Shown here in pieces: positions 1 to 8,526 of a stretch of 64,000 nt of DNA (positions are counted from its first letter, which is position 1; the number at the start of each line of letters is the position of its first letter). The position numbers were made by a program, and so were the translations under genes. The notes beneath the pieces are model-generated. The model ran no database searches and had not been told where the DNA came from. It saw only the letters and a program-made list of their open reading frames with translations. The stretch is from contig JBEKDR010000010.1 of assembly GCA_050014255.1 (NCBI GenBank), forward strand, positions 587 through 64,586. The letters are read 5' to 3'. This DNA comes from Bacteroidales bacterium (GTDB taxonomy: Bacteria; Bacteroidota; Bacteroidia; Bacteroidales; VadinHA17).

Positions 1-1065
1 AAAGTTCACCTTTGTGCCTAAATCATTAATTGCCAAAGTGAAACTTTTCGTTAGATTCGGTGTTGATGAGTACTTTATTTCAATAGATGCCACCGGTTTC
101 AGTCCTTTCACTAATACAATATCACACTCAGTGCCGTGATGGGTTCTATAATAATACATTTCCAGTTTCCTTCCCACCAATTGTTTCACCTGTTCAACCA
201 CATATCCCTCCCATGAGGCTCCGACAATAATGTGAACCGGCAATAATGATGGATCAAGAGTATTTGTAAGGCAATGCAATACTCCGCTGTCTCGTATATA
301 TACCTTAGGCGATTTAACCAGACGCTTTTTTGTATTGTAATAGAACGGCATGAGCCGGTTTATGAGAAAAGCCTCGTCAAGAAAATGCAGATACCTTGTA
401 ATTGTAGGTGAAGATACCCCAAGTGACCTGGCAAAATTACTGGCATTAAATATGTTGCCATGGTTATGAGCCAGCATCGTCCAGAGATTTGCCAGTGTCA
501 CTGATGATGCATCCAAACCAATGACAGGCAAATCTCTTTCTATATACGTGGTAACAAAATTCTCGAGCCAGATTTTAGTGCGATCAATATTCTGCTGTTT
601 GTAAGCGTCAGGGAATCCCCCATGAAGCCAATGTTTCTTAAGATTTTCAAACCCTATTTCCGATATATTGAACGGATAAAGTTCCTTATAAGCAATTCTT
701 CCAGCCAGTGATTCAGAAGAATCTTTAATGATGCCAGGATTGGCTGAACCAAGAATTATGAAACGGCCTGGGATTCTATGTTTATCAATAACTGACCTTA
801 ACAATGGAAACAGCTGCGGCAATCTTTGTATTTCATCCAGAACCACACAATTATCTTTATTATCCTCAAAAAAGTATTCTGGTTCTGTCAGTTTATTCCT
901 GTCTGTCGGTGATTCCAAATCGAGGTAAACACTCTTTTTACTGTTTCGTTCCATCAGTATTCTGGCAAGAGTGGTTTTTCCCGATTGTCTTGGACCAATG
1001 ATCCCGACTGCAGGGAAGAAGGTGAGAAATTCTAACAGTTCTTTCTCTAAGATTCGTTTTACCAT
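1..1065 (-). CDS. AAA+ ATPase with DUF4143-type C-terminal region (COG1373-like); C-terminus cut by the window edge
   Basis: Hand translation of the reverse strand from the ATG at 1065-1063 gives MVKRILEKELLEFLTFFPAVGIIGPRQSGKTTLARILMERNSKKSVYLDLESPTD...NCVVLDEIQRLPQLFPLLRSVIDK. Walker A is GPRQSGKT and Walker B is VVLDE. The frame stays open down to nt 1 (355 codons), which is why it is absent from the ORF track. Confidence 0.8.
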   Translation of the reverse strand, partial: MVKRILEKELLEFLTFFPAVGIIGPRQSGKTTLARILMERNSKKSVYLDLESPTDRNKLTEPEYFFEDNKDNCVVLDEIQRLPQLFPLLRSVIDKHRIPGRFIILGSANPGIIKDSSESLAGRIAYKELYPFNISEIGFENLKKHWLHGGFPDAYKQQNIDRTKIWLENFVTTYIERDLPVIGLDASSVTLANLWTMLAHNHGNIFNASNFARSLGVSSPTITRYLHFLDEAFLINRLMPFYYNTKKRLVKSPKVYIRDSGVLHCLTNTLDPSLLPVHIIVGASWEGYVVEQVKQLVGRKLEMYYYRTHHGTECDIVLVKGLKPVASIEIKYSSTPNLTKSFTLAINDLGTKVNF

Positions 1066-1177
1066 ATATTAAATTAGTTCATAGTAAAATTAATGTTTAT
1101 TCGTGAAATATTAATATATAATTTTAATTTTTCACGCAAACAGGATTCAAAATTGAGGTGATGCCTGATGCCTCGCC

Positions 1178-1560
1178 TCACACCTCAACACCTCCTATTG
1201 CTGACATTAGTACCTTATATTCTTCCAGCAATATATTATAGTTGCTCAGAGATCTCAGATCGCACTTTTCTGTCACTTCTGTTCCGAGATACATTAAATG
1301 TCCGTTTCTGTATTTTGTGTACATAAAGATATCTTTCCTTAATTCAAATTTCTCTTTTGCATCAATTGTTTCCCCGTTTGTATCAATTATCAGAGGAGAG
1401 AGATTAAGGTATTCGTCGAACGATTTAATTGATTTCATCAGAAGCACAGATTGGCTGTCGGAGAATTTTGTCTCATCAAATTCCTGTCCTTTAGAATCAG
1501 GTCTTCATTTATTGCAGCGATGTTCAGGAAATTTTAGTAATGAATATGCCTTATAAATTT
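1178..1560 (-). pseudogene. Truncated, frameshifted relic of a paralog of the 348-aa gene at 3465-4511 (C-terminal ~90-aa domain only)
   Basis: The 89-aa ORF 1178-1447 aligns with the last ~90 aa of the 348-aa protein (LLMKSIKSFDEYLNLSPLIIDTNGETIDAKEKFELRKDIFMYTKYRNGHLMYLGTEVTEKCDLRSL vs LLMKSLKTMDDYLNLSPLIIDTNCEIIDNKEKFDIKKDIFMYTKFRDDHLMYIGTEVTEKCDLRSL). Similarity continues upstream of the Met (DSKGQEFDETKFSDSQSV) to an in-frame TGA at 1505-1507. It then seems to resume in another frame (NFLNIAAINEDLI vs VVDILNSSDSDFI). The N-terminal ~230 aa are missing. Confidence 0.6.
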
Positions 1561-1898
1561 ATAGTCTCTGATTGTGATAAATGTAAAGTTATTAGATATT
1601 TACACTAATAGCAATTTAATTTTTGAGCAATAATTTGATTTTGAGTCAGGATTTTTTAAAAAATTAAGATGACCCTACTCCTGAACGAAATTTACAAATG
1701 CACTATATCATTATTTGCGGCAGGAAGGAAATTGGGAATAATAATTCGAATACTCATTGTATTTTATTTATTTTTGAGTGAATTTTCAAATTTGCCAATA
1801 AAAGATAAAATTTATGATAGAAGAAAAGGATGAAATATTGCCAATCTGTCAAGTGTGTGGAGAATTGACTCTGTAAGAATCTAAGGATAAATCATTTA

Positions 1899-3383
1899 TT
1901 GTCATTGGATATAAACTATTTTCACGTGAAGAAGATTAAATTAGAAAAAGGAATTATCAATCTTATTCTGCCTTTTCGTTTAGGTTCCGAATGGGTATTT
2001 GATCCCTCTGGTATTGACAATGATATCTGGACGAAAACCGATGAGGATATTCCACGACTTGATTTTCTTCTTGAGCATGTTAAAAAGTTCTTTGCTCAGA
2101 ATGTCCAAATAGGGAAGGAGGATGAATCTGCAAGTTTTATAATGAAACTGAAAAATGAGGCTCTTCCTGTTAAAATGTTTAATAATAAAACTTACTGGCT
2201 GAGCAATAAGTCTTTCGATACACAAAATATAAAAAAGAAATTGTTGAAGTTTTCAGTTTATATTGATCCCGGAGAATTCAGAATTATTTTCCATCCATTC
2301 ACAAGAATTGCTATTTTGCTTTTCAGCGTAGAGTTAATTAAATCTGTTAAGAACGATGATCAGCCGAATCTGGCCGACTTCATCGAAATGAATTATCTTC
2401 TGCGATTATTCAACCGGAATGATGAGGCATTTTTCATTTCACAGAATGAGAGAACTGAGGAACGTAGTAAAGCCTCCCTGCTCTTAGTTGATAAAAGCTC
2501 TGATTTGTCCGGTAAAGATGATCCGGGAAAGATTGAACTGACTGGCTGGCGGCCAAGACAATTACTTGATTACCTTCTTCATGGGCTGAATTCCAGATAC
2601 AAAGTTGAATTCTTTGATCATTACCGCTTCTGCCCTGTCTGTTATGTGCAGCCAAAAGAAGAGATCGGGGACGAAGAAATAATCCATCGCGCTTTGTTCT
2701 TCCTGCGAAAGGTATATGATTTTGACTATACACCTGCATCAGATATTCTTCAGCGTGAGGGAGAACTTCTTCATCCGTACAAACAAATCTACTATGCATC
2801 AAGTCTTGAAGGTGCAGTAGTATTTAATAACTGCAGTTCTTCAGACCCTGAATTTATAAAGACCTTTTATTCAAATTCGTTCCATAAAAGCCTTTGGTTG
2901 ACTATCCTTGGCTTCTTACAGCGTTCCATTTTTCTTCAACTTATGAAAGAGGTGTCTGATATTGATCCTGATGACCATCAAAAGGTAAAAGAATACCTCA
3001 GGAGATATACAAGTATATCATTAAAAGCTATTTTTTCGAAAGTATCGGTTTATCACCAGCATAATGATTATTATGATCTTATAATTCATAATCTCCAGAT
3101 AAATGAATTGCAGACCGAGCTAAAAGATGAATTGCACGAACTGAATAATCTGCAACGTCAGTTTCATGAAGATGAGGTAGAAAGGCATGAAGAGATTGAA
3201 AAGCAATATGACAATAAGCTTAATATGATCCTGTTTGCCCTCTCAGTTTTTGGTCTGACACAGGTAACATATGCAGTTATGGCAAACAAAGAATTGCCGC
3301 TTTTTCAGCATGTACTGGCCATGGGTGTACCTATCGTTCTAGGATTGATCTTCTGGAAGACCCTGTTTTTTCGTAAGAAATAA
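1899..3383 (+). CDS. Hypothetical protein, 494 aa: large soluble N-terminal region, long coiled coil, two C-terminal TM helices (CorA-like topology)
   Basis: Long ORF with a non-ATG start (TTG at 1899; the exact start is uncertain). The C-terminus reads LQINELQTELKDELHELNNLQRQFHEDEVERHEEIEKQYDNK (coiled coil), then LNMILFALSVFGLTQVTYAVMA and HVLAMGVPIVLGLIFWKTLFF (two TM helices), then the basic tail RKK. I recognise no family. Confidence 0.65.
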   Translation: MSLDINYFHVKKIKLEKGIINLILPFRLGSEWVFDPSGIDNDIWTKTDEDIPRLDFLLEHVKKFFAQNVQIGKEDESASFIMKLKNEALPVKMFNNKTYWLSNKSFDTQNIKKKLLKFSVYIDPGEFRIIFHPFTRIAILLFSVELIKSVKNDDQPNLADFIEMNYLLRLFNRNDEAFFISQNERTEERSKASLLLVDKSSDLSGKDDPGKIELTGWRPRQLLDYLLHGLNSRYKVEFFDHYRFCPVCYVQPKEEIGDEEIIHRALFFLRKVYDFDYTPASDILQREGELLHPYKQIYYASSLEGAVVFNNCSSSDPEFIKTFYSNSFHKSLWLTILGFLQRSIFLQLMKEVSDIDPDDHQKVKEYLRRYTSISLKAIFSKVSVYHQHNDYYDLIIHNLQINELQTELKDELHELNNLQRQFHEDEVERHEEIEKQYDNKLNMILFALSVFGLTQVTYAVMANKELPLFQHVLAMGVPIVLGLIFWKTLFFRKK

Positions 3384-3464
3384 TTTAAGAATGGCTTTGG
3401 GCGACGGACATCAGGTAACAGGCTTTCTACTATCGAGGAATTTGAATGGAGTCTTCATATTGAA

Positions 3465-4511
3465 TTATAATGTAATCTCATTTCCTGAAATAGTCATTAT
3501 CATATCTTTAAACTGACTTAGGAGAAGGTGGTAGTTATGAAGGCTTCTGAGGTCACATTTTTCAGTAACCTCTGTTCCGATGTACATCAGATGATCATCC
3601 CTGAATTTGGTGTACATGAAGATATCTTTCTTAATATCAAACTTTTCTTTATTATCAATTATTTCGCAGTTGGTGTCTATTATTAGTGGCGAAAGGTTAA
3701 GATAATCATCCATTGTCTTAAGTGACTTCATAAGCAAAATAGAATGACTTTCAGAATAATTCTCTTCTTCCAGTTCTTTTGCAATAAAATCGGAGTCAGA
3801 GCTATTCAGAATATCCACAACATGGTCGAATTTCGCAGGCTGGTTCTTTGGATGAATAACCTTTATCTCCCGCACAGATACGAGCTTGTATTTGCATAGG
3901 AAAGCAATGCGCTGAAGGATATAAGTAAGTTTTTCTTCATACTCTACACAGCGTCGCTGGATCTCTTCCTGTGTCAGATTTATCTGGTAATGACCCACAT
4001 CATTCCTTTCAGGTACCCAGAAATCGAGAGCAGCAAAGAATCTATTATCAAAGTTTTCTCCCATTTCAGGGAGGAACCAGGGTGATGATTTTTCATTAAT
4101 AAGTCTTCCTATAGCCCTTATAAGCCAGGTATAATTGCCCATACTCAAAACCAGCATTCTGCTCTGGAAATCCTTTGCTACGTTTTCGGAGATTTCAAGT
4201 TTATTCTCCTTTCTATCTTTCCATATCTGGCAGATCATAACGAAACTTATGAACTGCACAGTCCGCTCAATAGTCTTGAATATCTGATCCAGACGCATAC
4301 GATCGGGTTGACGCATCGAGGCAGAGAATAACCTCCGAAGCTCAATTCCAATAGGCCAGGGAAAGTTTTTAATTACCACATCACCAAGCAGACGGGGATC
4401 TAATGTTTCCTCCTCTTCTTCTTCAGCAACCAGCATTTTTTGGAGGGAAGGTTTATAATTCAGCATTTCCTGAAAAACCTTCTTTATGAGAATCTCATTT
4501 GTTGATACCAT
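3465..4511 (-). CDS. Hypothetical protein, 348 aa, with an RNDVGH (Rx4H, HEPN-like) motif and a C-terminal domain that is duplicated as a relic at 1178-1560
   Basis: Clean ATG-started ORF. Codons at 4007-3990 read AGG AAT GAT GTG GGT CAT = R169-N-D-V-G-H174, embedded in a predicted helical region (FFAALDFWVPERNDVGHYQINLTQEEIQRR). There is an acidic run EEEEEE near the N-terminus. Confidence 0.7.
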   Translation of the reverse strand: MVSTNEILIKKVFQEMLNYKPSLQKMLVAEEEEEETLDPRLLGDVVIKNFPWPIGIELRRLFSASMRQPDRMRLDQIFKTIERTVQFISFVMICQIWKDRKENKLEISENVAKDFQSRMLVLSMGNYTWLIRAIGRLINEKSSPWFLPEMGENFDNRFFAALDFWVPERNDVGHYQINLTQEEIQRRCVEYEEKLTYILQRIAFLCKYKLVSVREIKVIHPKNQPAKFDHVVDILNSSDSDFIAKELEEENYSESHSILLMKSLKTMDDYLNLSPLIIDTNCEIIDNKEKFDIKKDIFMYTKFRDDHLMYIGTEVTEKCDLRSLHNYHLLLSQFKDMIMTISGNEITL

Positions 4512-4892
4512 TGTCTGAAATATCAGGAGATAATATTCTAATTGATCTCTATATGATTATTATTTTAATCTAAAGGCATAATTTACAACAAATTTATCTT
4601 TTACACAATAATTTGTAATGGATGGATGTGCAATTGGTTGCTTGTCACTTGTTCATTATAGTGAGTTTTATGATACCCTTATTCATTTCCAAAAATTAGT
4701 TATATTACCCGGAAGTTTTTTTGAATTTGCTTATAAAAACTGATATAATGTCTCAAGAGTTTTATATGGTTCAGGCAGCTGCATGTACTACCTGCACCGA
4801 ATTTGCTGCAAAAAGGGAAAGATAGAGATATTATTTTTTATTTTTGCGGTCGTAAAATGGCTGTTTAATTGGATTTAAATTCTACAAATCAT

Positions 4893-4900
4893 TATTTTTG
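4893..4900 (+). promoter_or_regulatory. Candidate Bacteroidota -7 box (TATTTTTG, fits TAnnTTTG) upstream of the hyf-like operon
   Basis: Exact match to TAnnTTTG ~90 nt upstream of the ATG at 4990. A second identical box lies at 4839-4846. This is a motif match only. Confidence 0.25.
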
Positions 4901-4989
4901 AGCTAGTTACGATTATAAAGATGTTACCTTAAAGAAATTTGCCAGAACCAACCAAGAAAACTATAACGAATTTACTTTAATTACAATTA

Positions 4990-6984
4990 ATGAACAACAC
5001 ATTATTATTTCTTATTTTATTACTCCTGACATTCCCTGTTTTTTTTATCCCCCGGTCACTAAAGTATTTCTATAGCCTTTTTTTGCTTGCAAGTGGAATT
5101 GTACTAAGCTCTATATGGTGTTTTGAATTGGTTTCATCTGATAGACAAATACTTGAAATACAGTTAGTATTGCCCTTCCAGCAAAACAGCTTTGCGTTTA
5201 TAATTGATAAGCTTTCTGCATTCTTCATTGTGGTAATTAATATAACTGTATTTGTTGGGTTTCTTTATGCCTGGGGATATCTGCAACCATATTACAGAAG
5301 CAAAAATGCATTACGTTTTTCGATACATTACTTCTCGTACCTGTGGCTCTACTTCTCTATGATAATGGTAGTTATGATCCGCGATGGCCTGGCTTTTTTA
5401 ATTGTCTGGGAATTGATGGCCCTGTCATCATTTCTTCTTGTGATTTTTGATGCGGAAGACCGCACTATTATGAAAACGGGTATCAGTTACCTTATTCAGA
5501 TGCACGTAGGCATGTTTTTTCTCCTGATAAGCTTTTTAATTGTCGAAAAAGCTACCGGGAGAATGAGTTTTGATGCCCTTGGATCTTATTTCTTAAACCA
5601 CTCTAATTTATTGCTTTTTATCCTCTTCTTTATCGGGTTTGGCATAAAAGCCGGGTTTATTCCCATGCATACATGGCTCCCTGAAGCTCACCCTGCAGCT
5701 CCGTCGCATGTATCTGGAGTTATGTCAGGTGTCATGATAAAAATGGGCATTTATGGTATATTGCGGGTACTTATATCGGTACAAAGCGATTTGCTTTTAA
5801 TTGGTGTGATAATATTAGCGGTTTCGCTGATATCCGGGGTACTAGGTGTGATGATGGCTATCGTTCAGCATGATCTTAAGCGTTTATTGGCATATCATAG
5901 CATTGAGAATATTGGAATCATAGGCATCGGAATTGGTCTGGGCATGATTGGAATATCAACAAATAATACTGCATTAAGTCTGCTTGGCTTCGGTGGAGGT
6001 TTACTTCATGTGATGAATCATTCGCTATTCAAATCGCTTCTTTTCTTTAATGCCGGATCGGTATATCAGGCCACGCATACACGAAACATTGAACAACTTG
6101 GTGGTTTGATGAAGAAAATGCCTTATACTTCGGTTCTCTTCTTAATAGGTTCATTGGCTATCTGTGGCCTGCCTCCCTTTAATGGTTTTATCTCGGAATA
6201 TCTCATCTATATTGGCATGTTTAAAAGCCTGTCGGCGGCTAATCTATATCAATCCATAGTTCTGCTTTCAAGCATTGTCGGACTATCACTTATAGGAGGA
6301 CTGGCAATTTTTTGTTTTACAAAAGCTTTTGGAATAGTATTTCTTGGAGAGCCCCGTTCGGAAAAAGCATCCAGGGCTGAAGAGGTTAGCAAATTAATGA
6401 TTTTTCCTCAATTTATCACAATAGCTTTTATTATGATGATAGGATTAGTGTCTGTCTTCTTTGTGAAACCTGTATTTAACATAGTATACCAGTCATTCAG
6501 AATCCATGATTTGAATCTGGTAGCAGACTCCTCCATAAAGAACCTTACACAAATAAGTATTCTGAGCGGCATTTTTGTTGTCACAATAATTATTTTTCTC
6601 GTTTACAGGCATTTTCATCTTAAGAATAAACAAATTGACATAGGGCCCACATGGGGTTGCGGTTATACAGCCGGAAGCAGTAAACAACAATATACTGCCA
6701 CATCCTATGCATATAATTATAACCATCTGGCAAAGCCGGTGCTCCAGACAAAAAAAATCATGGATGAAATACGCGACGATGAAATATTTCCAGGTAAAAG
6801 GTCCTTTGAGTCGCACAGTGACGATATATTCAAAAAGCTTTTTATTGACAAGCCGATAGATTGGTTTTCAAGCGTTCTTAAAAGGATTGCAGTAATGCAG
6901 ACCGGACAGATTCAACATTACATTTTATATGCATTTGTCTTTATGCTATTTGTCTTCTTATTAACCTATTTTAACCTTATCTGA
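4990..6984 (+). CDS. HyfB/NuoL-like antiporter-type membrane subunit of a group-4-hydrogenase-related (Ehr-like) complex
   Basis: 664 aa and polytopic. It has Mrp/NuoL signatures VWELMALSSFLLV and GIKAGFIPMHTWLPEAHPAAPSHVSGVMSG, plus a HyfB-type C-terminal extension with GPTWGCGYTAG. Confidence 0.85.
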   Translation: MNNTLLFLILLLLTFPVFFIPRSLKYFYSLFLLASGIVLSSIWCFELVSSDRQILEIQLVLPFQQNSFAFIIDKLSAFFIVVINITVFVGFLYAWGYLQPYYRSKNALRFSIHYFSYLWLYFSMIMVVMIRDGLAFLIVWELMALSSFLLVIFDAEDRTIMKTGISYLIQMHVGMFFLLISFLIVEKATGRMSFDALGSYFLNHSNLLLFILFFIGFGIKAGFIPMHTWLPEAHPAAPSHVSGVMSGVMIKMGIYGILRVLISVQSDLLLIGVIILAVSLISGVLGVMMAIVQHDLKRLLAYHSIENIGIIGIGIGLGMIGISTNNTALSLLGFGGGLLHVMNHSLFKSLLFFNAGSVYQATHTRNIEQLGGLMKKMPYTSVLFLIGSLAICGLPPFNGFISEYLIYIGMFKSLSAANLYQSIVLLSSIVGLSLIGGLAIFCFTKAFGIVFLGEPRSEKASRAEEVSKLMIFPQFITIAFIMMIGLVSVFFVKPVFNIVYQSFRIHDLNLVADSSIKNLTQISILSGIFVVTIIIFLVYRHFHLKNKQIDIGPTWGCGYTAGSSKQQYTATSYAYNYNHLAKPVLQTKKIMDEIRDDEIFPGKRSFESHSDDIFKKLFIDKPIDWFSSVLKRIAVMQTGQIQHYILYAFVFMLFVFLLTYFNLI

Positions 6985-6986
6985 AT

Positions 6987-7898
6987 ATGTTAGGATTTGT
7001 TCTGATTCTAATTGTAGCTTTCTTTTTTCCAGGTGTTATATTACGAACAAAAAGCATTTTTTCAGGTCGTAAAGGGCCGGGCATACTTCAACCTGTCAAG
7101 GATATTGGTGTTTTAATGAGAAAAGGAAGCGTTTTCAGTAAGACAACGGGAATAATATTTCAGATGGCACCTGTTGTTGCATTGTCAGCTATTTTGTGTG
7201 CTTTACTGGTGATCCCATTCGCAAATCAGAGTGCAATTATTTCATTTGAAGGAGATTTTGTTTTCTTCTCTTATCTGCTCGCATTCGGAAAGTTTTTTAC
7301 TATTCTTGCTGCTCTCGATACAGGTAGCAGCTTCGAGGGAATGGGGGCTAATCGTGAAGCATTCTTCTCGATGCTGATAGAACCGGCTTTTTTTATTTTG
7401 CTGGCTACTTTTGCAATGTTCACCGGGTTTACTTCTTTCTCAGATATCTTTAATCATTTCTTTCTTACAGGAAACAATTATGTGTTGATATACAGTATAT
7501 TAGGATTTTATTTGTTTATTCAAATTGCTATGATCGAGAACAGCAGGCTACCTGTTGATGACCCGAAAACACATCTCGAACTCACGATGATACATGAAGT
7601 GATGATCCTGGACAATAGTGGTTTTGATAAAGCATTAATTCATATTGGTTCATACCTGAAATTTGCAATTTATGGTTTATTGATGTATAATGTTATAGTG
7701 CCAGCCAGATGGAACATATTTCTGCAAACTGTTTTATTCCTGGTAGTTCAGGTGGTATTTGCCATGATCATTGGACTGATTGAATCATTCAGGGCCAGAA
7801 ACAAGATGAATAAAAATCCAAAATTCATTCTTTCAATCTCAGCAATTGCATGGATCGCTTTTGTGATAATTTTAATATTAACGGATAAATTAATTTAA
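6987..7898 (+). CDS. HyfC/HycD/NuoH-like membrane subunit
   Basis: 303 aa and polytopic. It starts 3 nt after the preceding stop. It contains GSSFEGMGANRE and a RLPVDDPKTHLELTM loop typical of HycD/NuoH-type subunits. Confidence 0.8.
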   Translation: MLGFVLILIVAFFFPGVILRTKSIFSGRKGPGILQPVKDIGVLMRKGSVFSKTTGIIFQMAPVVALSAILCALLVIPFANQSAIISFEGDFVFFSYLLAFGKFFTILAALDTGSSFEGMGANREAFFSMLIEPAFFILLATFAMFTGFTSFSDIFNHFFLTGNNYVLIYSILGFYLFIQIAMIENSRLPVDDPKTHLELTMIHEVMILDNSGFDKALIHIGSYLKFAIYGLLMYNVIVPARWNIFLQTVLFLVVQVVFAMIIGLIESFRARNKMNKNPKFILSISAIAWIAFVIILILTDKLI

Positions 7899-7905
7899 AT
7901 ACAAT

Positions 7906-8520
7906 ATGGTAAATTACCTGATAGTATTATTTGCAATTACCCTGGTTTATTTTTGCTCTGCGGAGCGATTAATCATATGTATCAAACTGATTGGGATCCA
8001 GGGCCTAATACTGTGCGGAATTGCATTATTTGAGCTTAAAGAAATCAATACTGCAAATCTTCTGTTTATTGCTTCCGAAACGTTGATTTTTAAAACAATA
8101 TTAATTCCGTACCTGCTTTTTCGGATAATTAACCGGTCTGGTGTATCTAAAATTCACCGGCAGGCGATGCCGGGATTTTATTTAATCATATTATCAATTT
8201 TCGCATTGTTGATAAGCGTTCTTCTGGCAAACTCCCTGATAAATAATTATATAAATACGATTTATATGGCTATTGCTCTTTTTACTCTTTTCACAGGACT
8301 TTTGCTTATAGTAACTCACAAACTGATAATCTCCCATTTGATAGGGTTTTTAATTATTGAAAATTCGGTTTTTATGTTTTCTATTGCTGTCGGAAATAAA
8401 ATGCCAATGCTGATCAACGTTGGAATATTGCTGGACATTTTTGTGGGAGTATTAATACTTGGTTTTTTTGGATTGCGACTTAAACCGCACACTAACGAAT
8501 TAACCATGTTAAAAGATTAA
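7906..8520 (+). CDS. HyfE-like small membrane subunit
   Basis: 204 aa, about 6 TM helices, with a GFLIIENSVFMF motif (HyfE-type ENG/ENS helix). Its position between the HyfC-like and HyfF-like genes matches hyf operons. Confidence 0.7.
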   Translation: MVNYLIVLFAITLVYFCSAERLIICIKLIGIQGLILCGIALFELKEINTANLLFIASETLIFKTILIPYLLFRIINRSGVSKIHRQAMPGFYLIILSIFALLISVLLANSLINNYINTIYMAIALFTLFTGLLLIVTHKLIISHLIGFLIIENSVFMFSIAVGNKMPMLINVGILLDIFVGVLILGFFGLRLKPHTNELTMLKD

Positions 8521-8526
8521 AAGATT

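Noticed and set aside
1242-1556. 104-aa plus-strand ORF
   Set aside because: It is antisense to the minus-strand relic, which has clear protein-level homology to the 348-aa gene. Its sequence is low-complexity and Ser/Phe-rich, typical of a shadow frame.
4748-4825. 25-aa Cys/Thr-rich ORF MSQEFYMVQAAACTTCTEFAAKRER in the long spacer upstream of the Ehr-like operon
   Set aside because: It is too short, with no recognisable ribosome-binding context and no homology that I can assess. I noted it only as part of the leader region.
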